Virus record (IMG/VR): IMGVR_UViG_3300025137_000048
Span: 1 to 54,246 of that record
Length of the DNA: 54,246 bases
Source of the DNA: a virus
Lineage: Duplodnaviria; Caudoviricetes
Reading direction: 5' to 3' (one strand)
Notes under the pieces: generated by a model
Told to the model about the DNA's origin: nothing
Database searches by the model: none
What the model saw: the letters and a program-made list of their open reading frames with translations, nothing else
Shown: piece by piece, positions 19,393-28,542 of the stretch
How positions within the stretch are numbered: position 1 is the first letter of the stretch
How the letters are laid out: every line of letters starts with the position of its first letter
Translations under genes and position numbers: made by a program

Positions 19393-19983
19393 TTAATAAA
19401 AATTTGGATCATTAGTTTTTGGATCTTCTTTATCATATCCTAACCAACCAGTAATAATTAATTTTTCCTCTGTACTACTTATTAGACCTCTATGTGCGTA
19501 AGGATAATTGACAGGCCATATCAAAGTCAATCCTTTCTTACAAGGTGCTTTCCAATTTAAATATGTAAACTCTGTACCACCATTCTTTGTATCTGTTAAG
19601 TAAGTCATGAACGCCATTATTCTATGACTTTCATTGTATGACATAATTTCGCAATGTTCTTTATGATATCCTCCACCAGGTTTATAGTATTGTATATTAA
19701 CACCATCACATGTACCCCAAGGATGATGTCTAGCCAATATAGGAAACTTGCGAACATAATTATCTATTATATCGTGTAATTCGAGGTGCCATATTTTTAA
19801 GTTTGTTATTTCTTTAACAGGCATTCCTAAGTCTAAAGAATCCTTAACCGTTTTATCAATCTTTCCATAAGGACCCATTCTTCCTTGCGTAATTCTATGT
19901 TGTTCTTTCTTGTACATATTAAGACAATTTTCTACAGCACGATCAGAAACATATTCTGCATGTATACCAAAAGGTGTTTCCAT
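19393..19983 (-). CDS. 2OG-Fe(II) oxygenase, prolyl-hydroxylase-like (HxE)
   Basis: IQYYKPGGGYHKEHCE, MTYLTD, GGTEF, LIWP...HRG and KLIITGW. Confidence 0.87.
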   Translation of the reverse strand: METPFGIHAEYVSDRAVENCLNMYKKEQHRITQGRMGPYGKIDKTVKDSLDLGMPVKEITNLKIWHLELHDIIDNYVRKFPILARHHPWGTCDGVNIQYYKPGGGYHKEHCEIMSYNESHRIMAFMTYLTDTKNGGTEFTYLNWKAPCKKGLTLIWPVNYPYAHRGLISSTEEKLIITGWLGYDKEDPKTNDPNFY

Positions 19984-20894
19984 TATTTAAAAGGTCTTCC
20001 TAAACTCCATATAACTAAAGAGTATCTTGTGCCAGAGGTTACTGGTGTAACTTGGTGATGAAGAAATGATGGAAAAAGAATCATTGATCCTTGATCTCTT
20101 ATCTCTTTGCATGTTTTAAATCTTCCTCTACCTGCATGAGGACCAAAATCAAATTTAAGATTACCACCTTTGTATTGATCAGGTGTTGTTAAATTTAATG
20201 TCATACTTAATTTTCTTATCTTAGCCCAATAAAATCTATTATCTGTAAAACCAGTTGCCGGCACATCATTATTCCACAAGTCTTTCTTTTTTCTTACAGG
20301 ACAATCTTGATCTGTTATTTCTACTTTAGGAAATGAATTACCAAACTCATCTTTTTCCATAATAAAATCTGTTCCTTTTTCGTTAGGAATTAATTTACAA
20401 ATTTTCCACTTACCATCTTTACCTTTTAATGTTGGTTTATACATACTAGGCCAATCTGAACTACCGTCAGCATGCCAACCATAAAATTGTCCTGGTTCAT
20501 ATTTTGTAAACTGACAAGCCTCACTAAAATTCCACTCATAGTTCCAACCTGCTTTTTGATTTGCCTCATGAATAAAAGGATGTATCATATCATATAACCA
20601 TTTATCACTTAACCAAGCAATTGAACTATCTCTTACATATCCGTCACTTTCTTTGATACCTAACTTTTTTTGTTTTTGTTTTGTCATATTGGCAGTAGCA
20701 ACATTACCTGTTTTTTCACCTGCCATAGTAACTCCACCTTTTTCTTTACCATCAGCAGTTTGTGCCTTGATTGCGTCCTCACCATATGCACTTGATTTTT
20801 TTGTTAATTCAGTCATACCTGCTTCTAAAATTTTAGTACATTGTTTAGGTGTCAACGCACTTTTAAAAAAATAATAATTATTTACTAGTTGCAT
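19983..20894 (-). CDS. 2OG-Fe(II) oxygenase, PKHD/P4H-like (HxD) with a long insertion
   Basis: QFTKYEPGQFYGWHAD, RKLSMT, GGNLKF and FPSFLHHQVTPVTSGTRYSLVIW; start moved from 20948 to the ATG at 20894, which follows an AAGGAG. Confidence 0.88.
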   Translation of the reverse strand: MQLVNNYYFFKSALTPKQCTKILEAGMTELTKKSSAYGEDAIKAQTADGKEKGGVTMAGEKTGNVATANMTKQKQKKLGIKESDGYVRDSSIAWLSDKWLYDMIHPFIHEANQKAGWNYEWNFSEACQFTKYEPGQFYGWHADGSSDWPSMYKPTLKGKDGKWKICKLIPNEKGTDFIMEKDEFGNSFPKVEITDQDCPVRKKKDLWNNDVPATGFTDNRFYWAKIRKLSMTLNLTTPDQYKGGNLKFDFGPHAGRGRFKTCKEIRDQGSMILFPSFLHHQVTPVTSGTRYSLVIWSLGRPFK

Positions 20895-21654
20895 GATGTG
20901 GACACTCTCCTTTCTTAATCTCGTCTTTTCTATGTTTAGCGTAACCATTACCCCACTTTGTTCTTACATGGTAGTAACTTGTATTTCTTGCTTGTCTTAA
21001 TTCTGTTGTTTCATTTGTTACATTTAAATCAAAACTTTCTCTACGAATAGGAATGTATTGTGCTAGAGGAGTACCTCTTTGTAATTCAAAAACACCTTTT
21101 TTATGAAACATCATTTGTTGATTTATTTCATGGTGTATATCTGTCCATATAACAGCACTCGCTACTGTAAACACAGGATTAAAATGCCACATCATAGGTA
21201 ATTGTAATAAAGAAACACCCTTAGGTGTTCTTACACGCCAAGGACAATTAGGTTTCATTACTACTGTTGGTTTGGCATGTTTAGGAAGAAAATCTGCTAA
21301 TTGTGTTGGTCCATGATTATCAAAACTAAATTCTGCAGCAGGTGAGTTCCATTTCCATGAACCATCATCAAATATTTCTACTTTTAAATCACACCATAAA
21401 GGTACAACAAAACCCATACTCATAAACTCTGGTATTGCAGGACATCTTTTTACAGTACCTTTGTTATGAAGATTATTAATTTTATTATCTTTTAATACTG
21501 TTTCGTTTTGCCATTGAGGTGTATTAGTCCACCATTTAGGCATAAAATTGTGAGATTCCTTTACAGGTTCAACACCAGGTATACCTTCTATATCAGACCA
21601 AATATCAATTACGTCTTCTTTTTTAGGACCAAACTTAAATAGTTTCTTTAACAT
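20878..21654 (-). CDS. Hypothetical protein of a family often found beside phage 2OG oxygenases (DUF6065-like)
   Basis: GTVKRCPAI..GFVVPLWCD, PWRVRTPKG and RGTPLAQYIP motifs; family call from recognition only. Confidence 0.55.
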   Translation of the reverse strand: MLKKLFKFGPKKEDVIDIWSDIEGIPGVEPVKESHNFMPKWWTNTPQWQNETVLKDNKINNLHNKGTVKRCPAIPEFMSMGFVVPLWCDLKVEIFDDGSWKWNSPAAEFSFDNHGPTQLADFLPKHAKPTVVMKPNCPWRVRTPKGVSLLQLPMMWHFNPVFTVASAVIWTDIHHEINQQMMFHKKGVFELQRGTPLAQYIPIRRESFDLNVTNETTELRQARNTSYYHVRTKWGNGYAKHRKDEIKKGECPHHATSK

Positions 21655-22165
21655 TAAACGATACCGCTATTCTTTCATCATCTGAAAAACTTTCACCAAC
21701 GCCATGTCTAGTTGCGCCATCAAAGATAACTAACATTCCATCTGTGGGTGTAATTTTTTGTTTTAGTTGTGGAAAAAGTAAATCGCCACTATTTTTAGGT
21801 GCTTTAATATAATACACACCTGACCATAATGCTGGCCAATGATCATGTGTTATTGCATAATTGCCTTTATTGTAAATCATACCCCACATATCTGATATTC
21901 TAGGTTGTATTTCTCTACGATAATATTTTTTACTTAGAAATCTAGTTGCTGCAATTACATGTTCTTCAAACTTATCAAAACCAGGTTTGCCTGACATATT
22001 CCAATCAGTCATGTATGCTTTAACATTAGTTTTATGATCTTGTTTATCACCACTTTTTTTAATTTCTTCTACTAATTTATCCACCATATCAGGATCTACA
22101 ATTGTTGTTGTAAAAACACTAGTAGGTTTTATTGTTTCAAAATTATGTTGTAATATTTCACTCAT
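21635..22165 (-). CDS. Putative 2OG-Fe(II) oxygenase (HxH type)
   Basis: WGMIYNKG..HDH, WSGVYY, HGV and RIAVSFN. Confidence 0.85.
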   Translation of the reverse strand: MSEILQHNFETIKPTSVFTTTIVDPDMVDKLVEEIKKSGDKQDHKTNVKAYMTDWNMSGKPGFDKFEEHVIAATRFLSKKYYRREIQPRISDMWGMIYNKGNYAITHDHWPALWSGVYYIKAPKNSGDLLFPQLKQKITPTDGMLVIFDGATRHGVGESFSDDERIAVSFNVKETI

Positions 22166-22907
22166 CTTTTAACTCCAAATCTTGTATTGTAACTGATCCT
22201 CCACTATTGTGACCTTTTCCTAATTTTTTAGGTTCTACACCAATTTTTCTTCCTTGCATAAAATTAAATGATATTGAATATCTCCATCCTTTACTATTAG
22301 TTTCTTCAAACTCTTTATTTAAATTAGGTTCTACTTCGTGCATTAACCAAGCAGGAAATATTATTAATCTACCTGGCACTGGTTCATAATAAACTTCTCT
22401 CCAAGTAAAATTTTCTCTAGTTTTAAAACGAGGTAAAATCATATGTGCTTCACCTCTAGGATCTGTAAACCAAATACGACCACTATCTTTAGGTGCTTGT
22501 ATATAATAAACACCAGACCATAAACCACCTGGGTGTATATGATTTCTGTTATGTGAATATCTTTTGTTTATGTTTGCCCACATATTATCAGCATAAGGTT
22601 CAAAGTCAGGATCATATCCTTGATCATCAAACACTTTTTGCACTTTTTCAAATATCCATTTAGTAATATGGTTGTATTCATTTCTGTGGTGCATATCAAC
22701 AGCACTATGCCAACCTAATGAGTTAGAACGAACAATACCTTCTTCATCTCTTTTTTCCCATTGATCTACATTTTTTTTAATTCTGTTATTTGTTTCTAGT
22801 GCCGTAGGATGATCAAAGAAATAGATCATTGTTGGATAAAAACTTTCTCTTATTAAAGTATCCTTTGGGGGAGTGCCTTGATTTTTTTTAGATGTATGTT
22901 GGTCCAT
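22158..22907 (-). CDS. Putative 2OG-Fe(II) oxygenase (TIGR02466-like)
   Basis: SNSLGWHS, MWANIN...HIHPGGLWSGVYY, FTDPR, FPAWLMHEVEPN and RYSISFN. Confidence 0.88.
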   Translation of the reverse strand: MDQHTSKKNQGTPPKDTLIRESFYPTMIYFFDHPTALETNNRIKKNVDQWEKRDEEGIVRSNSLGWHSAVDMHHRNEYNHITKWIFEKVQKVFDDQGYDPDFEPYADNMWANINKRYSHNRNHIHPGGLWSGVYYIQAPKDSGRIWFTDPRGEAHMILPRFKTRENFTWREVYYEPVPGRLIIFPAWLMHEVEPNLNKEFEETNSKGWRYSISFNFMQGRKIGVEPKKLGKGHNSGGSVTIQDLELKDE

Positions 22908-23541
22908 GAATCCATCCTACTATAGCATGTCGTGTGCCAGTTTTAATTTTACTTACTCTGTGTGCTAAAAATGAAGGGAACATAATACAAGTGCCTTGTT
23001 GTCTAAACGCTTCTGTATTTGTTTTCGTTCCTAAAAATTCTAAATCACCACCTTCATAATCTTCAGGTTTAGATAGTTGAATTGTAAAACTTAATTTACG
23101 ATTAGGTACATTTTTACCTACATCTATATGCCAATCATAATGACAACCTTTACCATATTCCATGATCATAGGTGCGTCATAATTCATAAAACCAGATACA
23201 TCAAATTTATATCTTGCTTCATTTGCTTGTTGCATTAATTCAAGTATTCTTGTATGAGGCCAACCTTCTTCATTCATCATTAAACCTTGTTGTTTAACAT
23301 TACGAAGTTTCTTATCTATCTCGCCCTCATTTACTTCACCTTGTATCCACAAGGGACTTTCGCAAGCTTCTATAACTGCTGTACATTGTTCAGGACTAAA
23401 AAAACTTGTGTGAACAATTGACGTAAATAAATCGTTTGTTTGTACGGATTCTTGTGTGACAGCCGCTGGTGGTTCATTTACTTTTTTGAACCCGGTGTCT
23501 TTTGATAGTTGCTCATCAGCAACTTTTATATTTTCTTCCAT
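22888..23541 (-). CDS. 2OG-Fe(II) oxygenase, PKHD/P4H-like (HxD)
   Basis: YDWHID, RKLSFTIQLS..DYEGGDLEF and FPSFLAHRV...RHAIVGW; start moved from 23577 to the ATG at 23541, which follows an AAGGAG. Confidence 0.88.
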   Translation of the reverse strand: MEENIKVADEQLSKDTGFKKVNEPPAAVTQESVQTNDLFTSIVHTSFFSPEQCTAVIEACESPLWIQGEVNEGEIDKKLRNVKQQGLMMNEEGWPHTRILELMQQANEARYKFDVSGFMNYDAPMIMEYGKGCHYDWHIDVGKNVPNRKLSFTIQLSKPEDYEGGDLEFLGTKTNTEAFRQQGTCIMFPSFLAHRVSKIKTGTRHAIVGWIHGPTYI

Positions 23542-23600
23542 TATATCTCCTTCTACTGTTATACTCTCAACGAGCACATTTACATAGTGTTACTATATAT
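23542..23600 (-). repeat. Duplicated promoter-hairpin-RBS leader, copy B
   Basis: About 59 bp matching 25038-25095 with 5 mismatches and 1 indel. Confidence 0.85.
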
Positions 23601-23601
23601 G

Positions 23602-24357
23602 TTATTTTTTCTTCGTGGTTTTTTTCTTTATTGAAGAAACTTTATTTCTTCCTCCATAAACTCTTGGATCACTAAAAGTTATTCTATTGTATTTAATTCC
23701 GCCTCCAGTACCAGGAGGTGTTCTATCTAATGTTTGAAAACCTTTACCAAAGTTATTTGTTTCAGACATAATTAATTCCCACTTTTGTTTTGCTCTTTCT
23801 TTTTTTGCTTCTTCAGATTTTAATATCATATCCTCAGTAGGTTTATTTAATTTAAGAACATCAGGATTAAAATTTTTCTTACCTTTAAATGCTTGACCAT
23901 GATTTGCAGCGTCTATCCATTGTCTTAATCTCATTGACTTATCTGGTTTATGTTCTTGGTGCCATTGACCTGTTATAGGACTTTGGTGCATAGCACCTTT
24001 ACCCACAGGCTTCTTTGGTTTACGCCACCACCATTTTGAAATTAATAAACCACGACCTTTATCTAACATACGACCTAACCAATCTTTACCATGTGATTTA
24101 AAGTTTTGATAATCAGAAGCAATAGTTTTATTTAATTCCATATTTTGATGATGTTGTTTCCATCTAAACTCTCTCTGTTCTTGACTTTCTCTATATTTCA
24201 TTTCAAACTCTAGTAACTTATCATAAGATATATCACCTTTAGCAAAAGCTTCTTTTTTATCTTTATATGCATTTAAATTGTGAACTTCCCATTCCCAATC
24301 TGTAGGCATTTTTGTTTTCCAATTTAGTGGAATATATTTTTTGAAATCAAATCCCAT
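23602..24357 (-). CDS. Hypothetical protein (Lys/Trp-rich)
   Basis: 251 aa ORF in the operon orientation; no motif recognised. Confidence 0.6.
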   Translation of the reverse strand: MGFDFKKYIPLNWKTKMPTDWEWEVHNLNAYKDKKEAFAKGDISYDKLLEFEMKYRESQEQREFRWKQHHQNMELNKTIASDYQNFKSHGKDWLGRMLDKGRGLLISKWWWRKPKKPVGKGAMHQSPITGQWHQEHKPDKSMRLRQWIDAANHGQAFKGKKNFNPDVLKLNKPTEDMILKSEEAKKERAKQKWELIMSETNNFGKGFQTLDRTPPGTGGGIKYNRITFSDPRVYGGRNKVSSIKKKTTKKK

Positions 24358-24359
24358 TT

Positions 24360-25037
24360 TTACTTTCCTTTATCTTCCGTTACGTTTTGAACAATTTTTG
24401 GATCCATTACCGCTGCCATATTAAAATGTACAAATCTAAATTTTTCGTTATTCAGACCAGCAAAATGTGAATATGCATGTGGCATATAAGAATTAAAAAA
24501 TATAAAATCTCCTGGTCTAACAGGATAATGTATTTGAGTAGAGGCATGAGTAATTTTTTTTGGATCTTTAGAATCCAAATCTGTCATTATCTTACCTGGT
24601 CGTGGATCATGAAATGAAGGTTTAGATGTTTTTTCACTACATTGTAAAAAGTAAAAACCACTCATGTGATTATTACCGTGAATGTGTATATCATGAAAAC
24701 CACCTTCTTCAGGAAATTCTTGTACCCAACACTCTTGTAATAAAGGCATTTTACCTTCTAATTTATATCCTTGCCACGATAAAACATTCCACATTTGTTG
24801 CATAACAAATTCAACAAAAGGTTTAAAAGGTTTTTCTTTCCAAAGATTATGACTATGATATGAATTAGGTAACTGATCTATCGTACCATCTTTAAGTTTT
24901 TTTTGATTTTCTTTTTTTAATCTATCTATAATAGGATCAACATGTTTATCTAAAGACAACCATTGTGTGTCGTTTCCTCTGTATATAGAACACGGAAATA
25001 AATCGTGTCTGTTTAATTCTAAAGGTACTGTATTCAT
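24360..25037 (-). CDS. Putative 2OG-Fe(II) oxygenase (HxH type)
   Basis: CWVQEF...HDIHIH.NNHMSGFYFL, FHDPRPG, FFNSYMPHAY and RFVHFN. Confidence 0.85.
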   Translation of the reverse strand: MNTVPLELNRHDLFPCSIYRGNDTQWLSLDKHVDPIIDRLKKENQKKLKDGTIDQLPNSYHSHNLWKEKPFKPFVEFVMQQMWNVLSWQGYKLEGKMPLLQECWVQEFPEEGGFHDIHIHGNNHMSGFYFLQCSEKTSKPSFHDPRPGKIMTDLDSKDPKKITHASTQIHYPVRPGDFIFFNSYMPHAYSHFAGLNNEKFRFVHFNMAAVMDPKIVQNVTEDKGK

Positions 25038-25095
25038 TATAACTCCTTCTACTGTTACACTCTCAATGAGTATATTTACATAGTGTACTATATAT
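25038..25095 (-). repeat. Duplicated promoter-hairpin-RBS leader, copy A
   Basis: Minus strand ATATATAGTACACTATGTAAATATACTCATTGAGAGTGTAACAGTAGAAGGAGTTATA followed by ATG. Confidence 0.85.
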
Positions 25096-25103
25096 AAAAC
25101 TTT

Positions 25104-26873
25104 TTAAGCCCAACTTAATGAGACGCCATGTATTTTACTTTGATTGTTTGCTAATGCCAGTTTCCATCTCATTGATGTACCACTAGGTTGACCTGAAATA
25201 GTTGCAACACCTGATAATATTCTTTGTCCACTAGAACCTGTAACATAACCTTCGTCTGTTAAAGTAATATTTGTGAAGTTTGATCCACCATTTCTAGATA
25301 CACTGGCTATGATATCTGTATTTAACGTTACACTATTTTCCTGAAATACAACTATTCTAGATGTACTAGGAGCAGAACTTGCTGTAAATGCGTTAGATAC
25401 AATTGTTGTTGAAGACGTATTTTGAGTTGTTGCTGTACCTGTAATCAATACAAATCCATCTTCGGCTGGTACGGCAGGACCATTAGGTGAACTTGCTGTT
25501 TCATTTGTGCCTGCAACATAACCGGGTTGTGTTGTACCGCCACCTGCTACATTTGCTCCTGCTTCTGTTGAACCTGAAGTAATTTGTGGATGTGCATGAT
25601 AAGATGAACCTCCGCCACCACCTGCGTCAACAATAGTAACTGGTGAACCTGTGCCACCAAATCCGCCACCGCCTCCACCGTAGTAACCTCCGCCACCACC
25701 ACCTGAATGACTGTGTCCTTCTCCTCCAAAAAATAAACCACCTGATCTATTTGCATAAGGCGATCCTGTATTTGATGGTGCATTATGACCTCTGGCGTCT
25801 GCTTGAGGTGCATTACTAATATTTGGATTATTTAAATCACCACCTATACCGCCAGCAGTTTGTGAACCTCCACCACCTGCATAAACATTTTCACTATTTT
25901 GAGTACCAGCACCTGCACCGGCTTGTCCTATTAATCCGCCTCCTGCACCTGCTGTACTTCCAATGGCAGGTAAAGGGGATTGTGCTCCACCTCCGTAACC
26001 ACCACCGCCACCGGCACCTGCGACTATATAAGCTTCTGGTGCTGTATCTAATGCGTCATCTGTTACACTTAATACTCCGGCAAGACCACCGCCTCCGGCA
26101 CCTGTACCACCACCTCCTTCTCCGCCTCCGAAGAAAGAAATGAAACCACCATTGTTTGATCCTATACCATCAGGACCAGGAGATGGACTAGCATATCCAG
26201 AATAACCACCTTCACCTGCGCTTACTTGTAATGTTTGAGTTGCTGTAACAGCAAGAGCACCTTCGGAGTAACCGCCTCCGCCTCCTGAACTACATGGTCT
26301 GTGTGTTGAACCTCCGCCAGCACCCCATACTTGAATGTTTGCACTTGTCATACCTGTTGGTACAGTAAATACACCAAAAGTTGCAGCACTACCTTTTCTC
26401 TTAGTAGCACATGTTGCTTGTACTGATGGAATAGGTCCTGTTCTATAATAACCATTACCATATGGATTTGTACCTGCTGTTGATGTGTCTGGTTCTGTAA
26501 TTGATGTTGTTCCAAATCCTGCTGAAATTGAAACTGTAGCAGGTGTTGTATTGATGTAGTTATCATTTGTACCACAATAGGTATCATTTGATCCTTCACC
26601 TTCGTCTGTTCCATCTTCACTATGAAACTCATCTACCACACCATCAACTAAATTGAATACTGTTAAACTTTCTTGTACTGCCATCTTGAAACCAAGTAAA
26701 GCAATATTTTGTTCTATTGTTGTTTTTTGTGTTGAAGACATTAGATTTGTTTTAGAAACATCTATTGCAGCCGAGTTATTCATATCATTATTTGTAACAT
26801 CACTAGCAATTTTTGCACTTGTAATTGCGCCGTCTTCTGCTGCTCTTCCTAAATTTATTTTACTTAATGCCAT
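25104..26873 (-). CDS. Glycine-rich fibre/adhesin paralog 1
   Basis: Shared N-anchor LLGFKMAV..LTVFNLVDGVVDEF, central polyglycine domain and shared C-domain ending MRWKLALANNQSKIHGVSLSW. Confidence 0.8.
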   Translation of the reverse strand: MALSKINLGRAAEDGAITSAKIASDVTNNDMNNSAAIDVSKTNLMSSTQKTTIEQNIALLGFKMAVQESLTVFNLVDGVVDEFHSEDGTDEGEGSNDTYCGTNDNYINTTPATVSISAGFGTTSITEPDTSTAGTNPYGNGYYRTGPIPSVQATCATKRKGSAATFGVFTVPTGMTSANIQVWGAGGGSTHRPCSSGGGGGYSEGALAVTATQTLQVSAGEGGYSGYASPSPGPDGIGSNNGGFISFFGGGEGGGGTGAGGGGLAGVLSVTDDALDTAPEAYIVAGAGGGGGYGGGAQSPLPAIGSTAGAGGGLIGQAGAGAGTQNSENVYAGGGGSQTAGGIGGDLNNPNISNAPQADARGHNAPSNTGSPYANRSGGLFFGGEGHSHSGGGGGGYYGGGGGGFGGTGSPVTIVDAGGGGGSSYHAHPQITSGSTEAGANVAGGGTTQPGYVAGTNETASSPNGPAVPAEDGFVLITGTATTQNTSSTTIVSNAFTASSAPSTSRIVVFQENSVTLNTDIIASVSRNGGSNFTNITLTDEGYVTGSSGQRILSGVATISGQPSGTSMRWKLALANNQSKIHGVSLSWA

Positions 26874-26874
26874 A

Positions 26875-28539
26875 TTATCCCCAGCTTAATGCTACTCCAT
26901 GAATTTTACTTTGATTGTTTGCTAGTGCTAATTTCCATCTCATACTTGTCCCACTTGGTTGACCTGATATATCTACTAATCCTGCTAATACTCTTTGACC
27001 ACTTGATCCTGTAACATATCCTTCATCAACAAGAGTAACATTTGAAAAATTAGAACCACCGTTTCTTGAAACGCTTGCTATGATATCTGTATTTAGTGTT
27101 GCACTATCAACGTCTTCTTTAAATACAACTATTCTACTTGTTGTAGGAGCACTACCTGCTGTAAATGCATTTGAAATTATTGTTGTAGATTGTGCTACTG
27201 TTTTTGTTCCTGTAATGAATACATATCCATCTTCACTTGCTTCACCTTCACCAGAACCTTGAGCAGCACCTTCACCTGTTCCAGCTACATATAAAGGATT
27301 ACCTGTTCCGCCACTTTCATCAGCAGTACCTTCTTCCGTAGAACCTGATGTTATTTGTGGGTGTGCATAATAAGATGAACCACCTCCACCAGCACCATAA
27401 GGTCCTGTTCCTGGTCCATTACCTGAACCACCGCCTCCGCCATAAAAACCTGCACCGCCTCCGCCTGGAGCAGCGCCGCCTACAGCACCAAATCCACCAG
27501 CGAATAAACTTCCAGTTTGCCCAGCAGGAGTAGGAGGAGCAACTCCGCCTTGACCACCTTGTTCTTGATCGCCACCGCCGCCACCTGCTTCTTGTCCAGG
27601 TGAACCTCCGCCAGGAGAATTGTTTGTTTGTTCAGTTGTAGTACCACCAGCGTCACCTGTTGTACCGCCACCAGCACCTCCGTCACCACCATTTGAATAT
27701 CCACCTGCGCCACCTGAACCTGCAATCACATATGCTTGTGGAGCAGAATACTGAGGAGCAGATAAAGGAACTAAATCAGTTGCAAATACACCAGCAAGAC
27801 CACCACCTGATCCATAAAGACCTTGTAAAGGTGAGGTACTACCTCCTGATTTACCACCGTTTAAAAAAGCACGTCCGTTTATTTGTGATTCCTTATGACC
27901 ACCTTCGCCTGCGACAACTTTAAGTGTTTGAGTTGCTGTAACGGCAAGAGTACCTTCAGCAAAACCACCACCTCCAGCACCACCATAGTCTGTACCGGCC
28001 GCACCCCATACTGATATATTAGCAGCAGTCATACCACCAGGAACTGTAAATGTTCCCATTGCTCCACTACCATAACTAGGATTTGTACCTGTTGTTGAAG
28101 TGTCTCCTTCTGTTACTGCTGTTGTGCTAAATCCAGCAGATATAGCAGCAGGTGTTGCATTTACATAGTTATCATTTGTACCACAATAGGTATCATTTGA
28201 TCCTTCACCTTCGTCTGTGCCACTTTCGTCTTGAAATTCATCTACTACACCATCAACTAAATTAAAGATTGTTAAATTTTCTTGAACGGCCATCTTGAAA
28301 CCAAGAAGAGCAACGTTGTAATTTATTGTATTGAATGAAGAATTAGCGAGTGTAACTGTTTTACTTGATAAGTCTAATGTAGAAGCAAGATCATCAGCCG
28401 TTACAACACCATTAGAAATCTTACCTGTAGATACAGAGTTAGTAGCAAGTTTGGCTGTTGTGACATTAGCGTTATTAATGTCTGCTGATTTTACTTCTCC
28501 GTCTTCAAAAGAATCTGTTGTTAACTTTGTTTTTTCCAT
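26875..28539 (-). CDS. Glycine-rich fibre/adhesin paralog 2
   Basis: Same three-part architecture as paralog 1. Confidence 0.8.
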   Translation of the reverse strand: MEKTKLTTDSFEDGEVKSADINNANVTTAKLATNSVSTGKISNGVVTADDLASTLDLSSKTVTLANSSFNTINYNVALLGFKMAVQENLTIFNLVDGVVDEFQDESGTDEGEGSNDTYCGTNDNYVNATPAAISAGFSTTAVTEGDTSTTGTNPSYGSGAMGTFTVPGGMTAANISVWGAAGTDYGGAGGGGFAEGTLAVTATQTLKVVAGEGGHKESQINGRAFLNGGKSGGSTSPLQGLYGSGGGLAGVFATDLVPLSAPQYSAPQAYVIAGSGGAGGYSNGGDGGAGGGTTGDAGGTTTEQTNNSPGGGSPGQEAGGGGGDQEQGGQGGVAPPTPAGQTGSLFAGGFGAVGGAAPGGGGAGFYGGGGGSGNGPGTGPYGAGGGGSSYYAHPQITSGSTEEGTADESGGTGNPLYVAGTGEGAAQGSGEGEASEDGYVFITGTKTVAQSTTIISNAFTAGSAPTTSRIVVFKEDVDSATLNTDIIASVSRNGGSNFSNVTLVDEGYVTGSSGQRVLAGLVDISGQPSGTSMRWKLALANNQSKIHGVALSWG

Positions 28540-28542
28540 GTG

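Noticed and set aside
20895-20948. N-terminal extension of the 321-aa oxygenase (and similarly 23542-23577 for the 229-aa one)
   Set aside because: Downstream ATGs have AAGGAG RBSs, and the extensions overlap the upstream gene or the leader repeat.
23542-25095. Leader repeat as a known riboswitch (SAM-II/V, glnA, preQ1) or CRISPR repeat
   Set aside because: I could not match the consensus of those families by eye, and two copies separated by genes do not form an array. An Rfam search is still needed.
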